Shown here one piece after another: positions 26,620 to 33,303 of a DNA stretch of 64,000 bases. Position 1 is the stretch's first letter; every line of letters begins with the position of its first letter. The stretch lies in assembly GCA_947176935.1 (NCBI GenBank), contig CAMWSP010000001.1, positions 20 through 64,019 of the forward strand, in the 5' to 3' direction. The position numbers and the translations under genes are program-made. This DNA is from an uncultured Porphyromonadaceae bacterium. Its GTDB lineage: Bacteria; Bacteroidota; Bacteroidia; Bacteroidales; Muribaculaceae. The notes beneath the pieces were generated by a model. That model did no database searches and was not told the DNA's origin. It was given only the letters and a program-made list of their open reading frames with translations.

Positions 26620-27342
26620 ATGAGAAAAGTAATGTTTATTCTGACCCTGATGCTGTCGGTTATGGCAGTGCAGGCCAAGACTTTGATTGTTTACTACAGT
26701 TATACGAACAATGTGCATCGCATAGTCGGCGAGTTGTCGAAGCAGATCGAGGCCGACGTTGTGCGTATCGAGCCGGCTGAAAAAGGCCTGGACTATGCGG
26801 CCAATAATTATGCCATCGGCAGCGCCCAGATTGCGGCCATACGTAATAACCCTGGCGATGCGTCGTCATATCCGGCGATTGATCCGGTTAATGTGAACCT
26901 TGCCGAATATAACTGCATAATCATTGCCGCTCCCCTGTGGTGGAGCAATATGGCGTCGCCTTTGCAGAGCTACCTGTTCCATAACGGCGCAGCTATGACC
27001 GGCAAGAAAATAGGGCTCATCGTGTCGAGCGCCAGCAGCGGCATCAGCGCAGTTGAAGGCGATGCCAAGCGTTTGATTCCCAACGGTGATTTCCTTGCTC
27101 CGAGCCTCTGGATACGCTCCGCCCAGACGTCGAATGCTGCCTCGATGCTCTCCGAATGGCTTAAAACGATTAAATATTCCGACCTGTCGGGGATTGAAAA
27201 TATAAGCCCTGACGGCAGCAATCCGACCTATACGGTTTTTAACCTTGGCGGACAGCTTCTGGGCAGCAACGTTGAGTCGCTCCAAAATCTTGAGAGCGGC
27301 GTGTATATCGTTAACGGTAAAAAGATTTATCTGAATAATTAA
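26620..27342 (+). CDS. exported flavodoxin-fold protein with T9SS-type C-terminal tail
   Basis: Signal peptide (MRKVMFILTLMLSVMAVQA). Flavodoxin-like KTLIVYYSYTNN...YNCIIIAAPLWWSNMASPLQSYL...IGLIVSSASSG. C-terminus TYTVFNLGGQLLGSNVESLQNLESGVYIVNGKKIYLNN resembles a T9SS sorting domain end. Start moved from GTG 26608 to ATG 26620. Confidence 0.65.
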   Translation: MRKVMFILTLMLSVMAVQAKTLIVYYSYTNNVHRIVGELSKQIEADVVRIEPAEKGLDYAANNYAIGSAQIAAIRNNPGDASSYPAIDPVNVNLAEYNCIIIAAPLWWSNMASPLQSYLFHNGAAMTGKKIGLIVSSASSGISAVEGDAKRLIPNGDFLAPSLWIRSAQTSNAASMLSEWLKTIKYSDLSGIENISPDGSNPTYTVFNLGGQLLGSNVESLQNLESGVYIVNGKKIYLNN

Positions 27343-27344
27343 CT

Positions 27345-28165
27345 ATGATGTTACGTTTAAAAGTTATACTCGTTTTATTCACAATTACTTTCGCACCCGC
27401 TATGGCACAACAGAAAATAGTTCAGACGGCAGGCCGTCAGCAACTCGGCGATTTCGCGCCGGAATTTGCTCGTCTTAACGACGATGTTCTTTTCGGAGAA
27501 GTTTGGAGCCGCAATGATCTCCTTTCGCTACGCGACCGCAGCCTTGTTACGATTACCTGCCTGATTTCGCAGGGCATTACCGACAGCTCGCTTACATACC
27601 ACCTTCAGGAAGCGAAGAAAAACGGAATCACCCGCACTGAAATATCTGAAATACTCACTCATATAGCGTTTTATGCCGGTTGGCCCAAAGCCTGGGCGGC
27701 TTTCCGCCTGGCCAAGGATGTCTGGGCTGAGGATATTAAAGGAGAGGATGCCAAAGCAGAATTCGCCCGCTCGATGATTTTCCCCATCGGTGAGCCCAAT
27801 ACGGCCTATGCCAAGTATTTTATCGGCAACAGCTATCTGGCTCAGGTTTCAACCGATCAGATTCCCTTTGCCAACGTTACTTTCGAACCCGGATGCCGCA
27901 ATAACTGGCACGTTCACAAGGCTGAAACCGGTGGCGGTCAGATGCTCGTTGGTGTTGCCGGTCGTGGCTGGTATCAGGAAGAGGGCAAGGAACCCGTTGA
28001 AATTCTGCCCGGCACTGTAATCATATCCCCGCCAACGTTAATCACTGGCATGGCGCCGCAAAAGATTCCTGGTTCGCACATCTGGCTTTTGCCGTTCCCG
28101 GCACCAAGACCGACAATGTGTGGCTCGAACCCGTCACCGACGAGCAATATAACGCCCTTCCCTAA
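27345..28165 (+). pseudogene. carboxymuconolactone decarboxylase (CMD) family + cupin fusion, interrupted by a 1-nt frameshift near 28023-28025
   Basis: Signal peptide, then the CMD region (LSLRDRSLVTITCLISQG...ILTHIAFYAGWPKAW), then the cupin start (FEPGCRNNWHVHKAETGGGQ). After ...GTVI the reading frame decays. The -1 frame reads IPANVNHWHGAAKDSWFAHLAFAVPGTKTDNVWLEPVTDEQYNALP*, a canonical cupin end, stopping at 28163-28165. Confidence 0.7.
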
Positions 28166-28776
28166 TCTTTTTCAGGGGAAGGGAGGAGGCGGAAGGTGAG
28201 TCGATGGAGCGGCGAGGGGCCGTGGATGGCAATGGCTGCGCGATGAGCGGCGGTGGGGTAGGCTTTGTTCTGTTCCCAGCCGTATTGGGGATATTGCGCG
28301 GCTGCTCGCGCCATGAATTCGTCGCGGTAGGTTTTGGCGAGGATGCTCGCCGCGGCTATGTTGCCGAATTTGGCGTCGCCTTTCACCACCGTTGTATAGG
28401 GCACGGACAGGCGCCAGGGGGTAAAGCGGTTGCCGTCGACTGCTATAAGCTCGGGCTCGACGCTGAGGGCGTCGAGAGCGCGGTGCATGGCAAGAATCGA
28501 GGCCCGGAGAATGTTGATTTGGTCGATTTCGGCGGCGGAGCAGGAGCCAACTGCCCAGCTTACGGCTTCGCGCTCAATGATTTCGCGCATTTGCAGGCGT
28601 CGGGATTCGTTGAGCGCTTTGGAGTCGTGGAGCCAGGGGTGGGAAAATCCGGGAGGCAGTATAACTGCGGCGGCAAACACCGGGCCGGCAAGACATCCGC
28701 GGCCGGCTTCGTCGCATCCGGCTTCAAGGAGTTCAGTCTGAAATGATGTGGGAAGAAGGGTAGGGGCGGTTGTCAT
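28162..28776 (-). CDS. rnhB: ribonuclease HII
   Basis: GCDEAGRGCLAGPVFAAAVIL, DSKAL, ASILAK motifs. Ends with TAG. Confidence 0.9.
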   Translation of the reverse strand: MTTAPTLLPTSFQTELLEAGCDEAGRGCLAGPVFAAAVILPPGFSHPWLHDSKALNESRRLQMREIIEREAVSWAVGSCSAAEIDQINILRASILAMHRALDALSVEPELIAVDGNRFTPWRLSVPYTTVVKGDAKFGNIAAASILAKTYRDEFMARAAAQYPQYGWEQNKAYPTAAHRAAIAIHGPSPLHRLTFRLLPSPEKD

Positions 28777-29117
28777 ATGGATACTCCATAGCGGCGGAGC
28801 ACCGAGCGGAGTTTTGCCAGAAGAACGTTAGTGCGCAGCGGCTTGTCAACCACCAGGTCGGCGCCGGAGTCGTAGGCGCTGATGGGGTCGTCGGGCGATA
28901 TGACAACGAGGGCGGGCAAACCTTGACCAACTTCACCTTGCGGGTCGCCATCGACCATAACGAGCGTGTAGCCGGCGGCATCATACGGTTCCATGCTTCC
29001 GGCAGGTACGCGTTGCAGCTCAATGCCTGTCGGCTCAAGTATGGCCGAAAGCACTTCGGGCAACGAGTGGTCGTTGGTTGCTACTATGGCGCGTTTGTCC
29101 GCGTTGTTCATTTCCAT
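28773..29117 (-). CDS. stand-alone response-regulator receiver-like domain protein
   Basis: 114 aa with receiver landmarks in order: IVATND (acidic beta1 end), LVMVDGD (phospho-Asp position), VVISPDD (Ser/Thr position), GADLVVDKPL (conserved Lys). Start at ATG 29117 is supported by a TATCTTTG box at 29122-29129. Confidence 0.5.
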   Translation of the reverse strand: MEMNNADKRAIVATNDHSLPEVLSAILEPTGIELQRVPAGSMEPYDAAGYTLVMVDGDPQGEVGQGLPALVVISPDDPISAYDSGADLVVDKPLRTNVLLAKLRSVLRRYGVSI

Positions 29118-29121
29118 ATTG

Positions 29122-29129
29122 CAAAGATA
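29122..29129 (-). promoter_or_regulatory. -7 box TATCTTTG upstream of the receiver-domain gene
   Basis: caaagata on the plus strand, 4 nt from ATG 29117. Confidence 0.45.
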
Positions 29130-29191
29130 AAAAACAATTTTGAAGTTGCCGGCAGACGTAACAAAATTGTAGCGGAATTTTTGCAGATTTT

Positions 29192-29899
29192 TTAAATCAG
29201 CGACGTCGACGCTATGCAGGCCGCCGATATGCGCAAATCGGGGCGGGCGGCCTTGAGGGCTTCGGCGCAGGCATAGAGCGTTGCGCCGGTGGTGCAAATG
29301 TCGTCAACGATGAGAATATGGCCAATGCCGCTGGTTGCGCCGGCAATGGCTGTGTAAACGTCCGACAGAGCGCGGCGGCGCTCGTCGGCGGTGAGTCGCG
29401 TCTGCGAGGTGTGGTGCCCGGCTCTGAGGGTATCGACTACCGGCAGCCCCGTTTCGGCGGCAAGTCCGCGGGCAAACCAGGCTGCCTGATTGTAGCCTCG
29501 GCGGCAGTGGCGCCAGAAATTGAGCGGCACCGGGGTTATGGCGTCTATGCCGTTGAAGAAGCCTGCGGCGGCGAGTTTGCGGCCGAATTCCTCGCCGAGC
29601 CGGCGGCCTATGACGGGACGGCCGTGATATTTCATGTCGTGAATCAGCGCCGAGTGTTTCGAATCGCGCCGGTAGGTGAAGTAGGCGGCTGCCCGCTCAA
29701 TAAACACCCGGCCCTGGAGCTTGTCGATAAGGTCGTTGGCTGTGGGCGACAAATGGTGGGTGGTTTCCGGAAGCGTTGCTCGGCAGAGCAGACACATTGG
29801 CCCTTCGCCGCGGGTCATGATGGTCCCGCAGCAGGGACATTCCGGCGGAAAGAGCACCGCCAGCAGCGACTCAATCAGCTGTTCGCCAGTAGTCCTCAT
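29192..29899 (-). CDS. ComF family protein (phosphoribosyltransferase domain)
   Basis: N-terminal Cys pairs (CPCCG...CLLC) and the PRTase motif ILIVDDICTTGATL. Confidence 0.8.
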   Translation of the reverse strand: MRTTGEQLIESLLAVLFPPECPCCGTIMTRGEGPMCLLCRATLPETTHHLSPTANDLIDKLQGRVFIERAAAYFTYRRDSKHSALIHDMKYHGRPVIGRRLGEEFGRKLAAAGFFNGIDAITPVPLNFWRHCRRGYNQAAWFARGLAAETGLPVVDTLRAGHHTSQTRLTADERRRALSDVYTAIAGATSGIGHILIVDDICTTGATLYACAEALKAARPDLRISAACIASTSLI

Positions 29900-30356
29900 C
29901 GCTGAGCATCTGCATTATAAGTTCGGGCTCATAGCCGCGGCTCGCGGCGAATCTGATCAGTTTGGCCCGGTCGGCGCTCTGAATCGGCGAGGGCATGGAG
30001 CGCGCTTTGGAGCGTAGGGCTGCGGCCAGATTCGAGCAGTAGGTTTCGTCGTTCAGCTCGGAGTCGATGGCTTCGTTGACCAGCGCCGATGGGATGCGCT
30101 TGAGCCTCATGGCCTGGCGGATTTTCAGCAGGCCCCAGCGGGCGTTATTGATGCGGTCGCGCACATAGGCGTGGGCAAACCGCCGGTCGTCGATATATCG
30201 TTCGGCAATCAGGCGGTCAACTATGGCGTCGGCCTTGTCGGCGTCTATGCCCCAGTCGCGGAGCTTGGAGTAGGCTTCGGCAGAGCAGATTTCGGTTCCG
30301 GCCGCGCGGTCGGCCAGACGTTCATAGGCTTGTTGGGGCGTTAGCTGACGGGTCAT
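29871..30356 (-). CDS. recX: regulatory protein RecX
   Basis: Start at ATG 30356 (MTRQLTPQQA...). RecX-like repeats (IVDRLIAERYIDDRRFAHAYVRDR...). The track N-terminal extension overlaps prmC. Confidence 0.7.
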   Translation of the reverse strand: MTRQLTPQQAYERLADRAAGTEICSAEAYSKLRDWGIDADKADAIVDRLIAERYIDDRRFAHAYVRDRINNARWGLLKIRQAMRLKRIPSALVNEAIDSELNDETYCSNLAAALRSKARSMPSPIQSADRAKLIRFAASRGYEPELIMQMLSDEDYWRTAD

Positions 30357-31143
30357 AGATTGCAAAACGGAGTTTGCCGAAGGAGTCGCGAACGATTTCG
30401 GCGCCTTTATAGGCTCCGGCCTCCAGCGGGTTGATTTCAAAGTAGAATGCCCCGGCGTGGCCGGCAAAGTTGCGCAGAATGGCCGAGTAGAAGCGCAGCG
30501 GGTCATTGTCGGGCACGAACAGGGCCAGCGCCGGTTCGTGGTCGAGCACCCGCGCCTCCATGGTTGCGCGTTCGGATTCGAGAACGTAGGGCGGATTGCT
30601 CACAACTATGTCGAAATACTCCTCGGGATGGAAGGAGAGCATGTCGGCCTGCACGAAGCGAATTCGCGTGCGCTGCTCCTCGGCGTTGCGTCGGGCAATG
30701 GCCAATGCGTCGGCCGAAATGTCAACGGCTGTTATGTCGGCGAACTTCAGAGTGCGTGCCAGGGCTATTGCCAGTGCTCCCGAGCCGGTTCCGAGGTCGA
30801 TTATGCGCAGGTCGCGTCGCGAGCCGTAGCGGTCGGCTATAATGTCGACCAGCTCGGCGGTTTCGGGCCTGGGTATGAGCACTCCCGGCGCCACGGCCAA
30901 GTCCATGCCGTAGAAGCGGGCGCGTCCAAGGGCGTATTGCACCGGTTCGCCTGCGGCAACGCGGTCAATAATGCCGAGAACCTTGCCGCACACAAAGTCG
31001 GGCAGTTCGCGCTCGGGATTCACTACCACGTCGACCGGGCGCAGCAGGGCGATATTGTGGAGCACCTCGCGTTCTATTCCGCGGGCGTCGTCGATTCCGG
31101 CGAGCCGGCGGCGCATTTCGCCGGTGAGTTGGCTTACGTTCAT
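30322..31143 (-). CDS. prmC: peptide chain release factor N5-glutamine methyltransferase
   Basis: IIDLGTGSGALAI SAM motif and VVSNPPYV catalytic NPPY. Confidence 0.85.
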   Translation of the reverse strand: MNVSQLTGEMRRRLAGIDDARGIEREVLHNIALLRPVDVVVNPERELPDFVCGKVLGIIDRVAAGEPVQYALGRARFYGMDLAVAPGVLIPRPETAELVDIIADRYGSRRDLRIIDLGTGSGALAIALARTLKFADITAVDISADALAIARRNAEEQRTRIRFVQADMLSFHPEEYFDIVVSNPPYVLESERATMEARVLDHEPALALFVPDNDPLRFYSAILRNFAGHAGAFYFEINPLEAGAYKGAEIVRDSFGKLRFAIYDPSANAPTSL

Positions 31144-31172
31144 TTATCTTGGTGGGGGGATTAAATGAATAA

Positions 31173-31198
31173 CCGGACTTGACGCTTGTCAAGACCGG
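31173..31198 (-). terminator. hairpin downstream of the small lipoprotein gene (possible intrinsic terminator)
   Basis: CCGG-A-CTTGAC GCTT GTCAAG-A-CCGG (4+6 bp stem). On the minus strand it is followed by TTATTCATTT. Confidence 0.4.
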
Positions 31199-31228
31199 CT
31201 ATTACATTCTCTGTATTGCTCAGTTGAA

Positions 31229-31423
31229 TTATTCAGCAACTTCAGCAGCAGCTACGGTGTCGGCAGCTACGGTGTCAGCAGCTACGGTGTCAACGGTTTC
31301 TTCTACTACTTCGATAGCTTCTTCAACGGGTTCAGCGGTTTCTTCGGTAGCAGCTTCTTTGTTACCACAAGCTACGAGGGCGGTAGCAGCAGCTACGGCG
31401 AGCATCAGGATGTACTTTTTCAT
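31229..31423 (-). CDS. small acidic lipoprotein with internal tandem repeat
   Basis: 64 aa with a lipobox (LVACG). Glu/Val/Ala-rich, with three DTVAA units encoded by a 15-bp x3 repeat. Confidence 0.6.
   Translation of the reverse strand: MKKYILMLAVAAATALVACGNKEAATEETAEPVEEAIEVVEETVDTVAADTVAADTVAAAEVAE
31249..31293. repeat. 15-bp tandem repeat x3 (GCAGCTACGGTGTC[G/A]) inside the small lipoprotein gene
   Basis: Read directly from the sequence. Units at 31249-31263, 31264-31278 and 31279-31293. It encodes (DTVAA)x3 on the minus strand. Confidence 0.9.
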
Positions 31424-31492
31424 TTTTGTAAAATTTTATTATATGAAACGATTAGTTAGTGTTCTATTTGTTGGTTTGTCCTAAAACCGGTG

Positions 31493-31500
31493 CAAAGTTA
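31493..31500 (-). promoter_or_regulatory. -7 box TAACTTTG upstream of the small acidic lipoprotein gene
   Basis: caaagtta on the plus strand, about 70 nt from ATG 31423. Confidence 0.45.
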
Positions 31501-31605
31501 TGCCAAATTTTTGAATCTGCAAATAATTTTTAAGGTTTTTTTTGATTTTTCCTAAAAAATCATGTTGTTTAGCATATTTGCTGGAATTTTGGAATAATTT
31601 TGTTC

Positions 31606-31755
31606 TTATTTGAGCGCAGCTTTAACGGCGTCGTTGGGAACCATTTCTTCCTTGAAGATGTAGGCGCCGGTTTTGGGCGAGCGTTCCATCTTGATTACTT
31701 TGCTATAAGTGCGGCCTTCACCCTTCTGTAGTGAGGCGACGGTTTTCTTTGCCAT
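31606..31755 (-). CDS. DUF4295-like small protein (49 aa), absent from the ORF track
   Basis: My own translation: MAKKTVASLQKGEGRTYSKVIKMERSPKTGAYIFKEEMVPNDAVKAALK*. It sits directly downstream of rpmB-rpmG, as in other Bacteroidota. Confidence 0.6.
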   Translation of the reverse strand: MAKKTVASLQKGEGRTYSKVIKMERSPKTGAYIFKEEMVPNDAVKAALK

Positions 31756-31782
31756 TTCCTGTAGTTCTTAAGAGTGGGTGAA

Positions 31783-31971
31783 TTACTTAATTTCTTTGTG
31801 AACGGTTACACGCTTGAGAATGGGGTTGTATTTTTTCAGCTCCAGACGTTCGGTGGTGTTCTTGCGGTTCTTGGTGGTGATGTAGCGGGAAGTGCCGGGC
31901 ATGCCGCTGGCCTTGTGTTCGGTGCATTCGAGGATTACCTGAACGCGATTACCTTTTGCTTTCTTTGCCAT
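31783..31971 (-). CDS. rpmG: 50S ribosomal protein L33
   Basis: [20 protein letters not shown]...[33 protein letters not shown]. Confidence 0.95.
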   Translation of the reverse strand: MAKKAKGNRVQVILECTEHKASGMPGTSRYITTKNRKNTTERLELKKYNPILKRVTVHKEIK

Positions 31972-31974
31972 GAC

Positions 31975-32238
31975 TTAAAATCCAATGCATTTAATGTCGT
32001 TATCGTTGAGATATCCCTTCTCGGCGGCCTGCAGCAGGGCGGCGTTGAGGCCGAGTTTGTTGATGGTGCGGAGACCCTTGGCGGAAATGGTCAGGGAAAT
32101 CCACATTTCCTGTTCGGGCCAGTAGAACTTCTTGGTGAAGAGGTTCACGTTGAATTTACGCTTGGTGCGACGCTTCGAGTGCGAAACGTTGTTACCTGTC
32201 ATGGCAGTTTTGCCCGTGATTTGACACATCTTTGACAT
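31975..32238 (-). CDS. rpmB: 50S ribosomal protein L28
   Basis: [33 protein letters not shown]... Confidence 0.95.
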   Translation of the reverse strand: MSKMCQITGKTAMTGNNVSHSKRRTKRKFNVNLFTKKFYWPEQEMWISLTISAKGLRTINKLGLNAALLQAAEKGYLNDNDIKCIGF

Positions 32239-32385
32239 GGCTGTAGAGTGTTGTCTTCTAACTGGTTATATTATTATTTTCTTTCTCGAGTTGACGATTT
32301 GCGGGGCCTGTCTTTCGCTCATATCACCGACGAACGCATCACTTTTCGCCGGCTTTCCCGGACGGGGGAGCCGCTAAACCGACTG

Positions 32386-32393
32386 CAAAGTAA
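32386..32393 (-). promoter_or_regulatory. imperfect -7 box TTACTTTG upstream of rpmB
   Basis: caaagtaa on the plus strand, with one mismatch to TAnnTTTG. It would give a leader of about 145 nt. Confidence 0.3.
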
Positions 32394-32430
32394 CGAATTT
32401 TTCGTGAGATGAGCAAATTTTTCTTAAAAA

Positions 32431-33303
32431 TTATTGATTATTTTTGAGTTGGAGGCGTCCGGCGGCGATTGCGTCGGCGCGCAGGCGGCGCAGAAGGGCT
32501 GCGTCGATGTCGGACGAATTGAGGGTTTCCAGGGTGTGGCGAATCTGTTCTTCGGCCGCTTCGTAGGGCATCGGGGCGCCTGCGGGGAGAATGTCGCTGA
32601 CTGAGAGCAGGTAGGTGAAGCCGTCAACGTCGACGTCGAGATGATAGCCTTTGCGCAGCTCCGACGGGTTGACCGGATGAGGAATCTTGGAAACGATGCG
32701 TTCAAAGGGTATCCACTGGTCGCGGAAGTAGTCATAGTGCACGGCGCCGTTCAGCCCTACTTTTTCGAGGCGGTCAATGTCGTCGCCGCGGTCCGAGCGG
32801 TAAAGGCGGCGCACTGTTGCCAGGGCCGGGTCGCCGGTTTCCATTTTAATGTATATGCCTCTGACCAGCGGGTCGGTCAGTCGCATCCGGTCGGAGTTGG
32901 CGTCGTAGTAGGCGTGCATGGCCGAATCCGATGGAACGAGCGCCGGGTCGCTCGCCACTGCCAGCCGGCGGTATTCCCAGCTGATGAGGTTGCGTCGGTA
33001 GTCGGCCACGCGGCGATCAATGTCGGCTGACTTGGGCAGGTGGCGTGTCGCTTCGTATTCGAGCAGGCGGTCGTTGACCCAGGCATTGATCCATGCGTCG
33101 GCAAAGGCGGTGCTGTCGGCGGCCGACAGGCCTGCGGGCATGGCTTTGCGCAGTTCGCTCAGAGTCAGCGTTTCGCCTCCTATTGAAGCCAGCGCGTCGT
33201 CGGCCATTGGTCCTGACTTATGGCAGGCGGCCATCGCCGTGAGCGCCATGAGGGCACCCGCAACGATGGCCGCGCGGTTGATTCGGTTCAGAGCCGTTAT
33301 CAT
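32431..33303 (-). CDS. lipoprotein, SurA/PPIase-associated family (no clear parvulin signature)
   Basis: Lipobox (LTAMAACH). The call rests on its position after a PpiC-type PPIase gene and on weak chaperone-like similarity. Confidence 0.35.
   Translation of the reverse strand: MITALNRINRAAIVAGALMALTAMAACHKSGPMADDALASIGGETLTLSELRKAMPAGLSAADSTAFADAWINAWVNDRLLEYEATRHLPKSADIDRRVADYRRNLISWEYRRLAVASDPALVPSDSAMHAYYDANSDRMRLTDPLVRGIYIKMETGDPALATVRRLYRSDRGDDIDRLEKVGLNGAVHYDYFRDQWIPFERIVSKIPHPVNPSELRKGYHLDVDVDGFTYLLSVSDILPAGAPMPYEAAEEQIRHTLETLNSSDIDAALLRRLRADAIAAGRLQLKNNQ

Noticed and set aside
29118-29297. N-terminal extensions of track ORFs. Examples are the receiver-domain ORF up to 29297, recX up to 30506, gldH up to 15092, the APH-family ORF up to 56828, the TPR lipoprotein from 49809 and the sigma factor up to 6490.
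   Set aside because: The extensions overlap upstream genes or contain a -7 promoter box. Internal ATGs give proper signal peptides or family-typical N-termini.
31249-31293. The 15-bp tandem repeat as a CRISPR-like or minisatellite element.
   Set aside because: The units are contiguous with no spacers and lie in-frame inside a small ORF. It is a simple coding tandem repeat.
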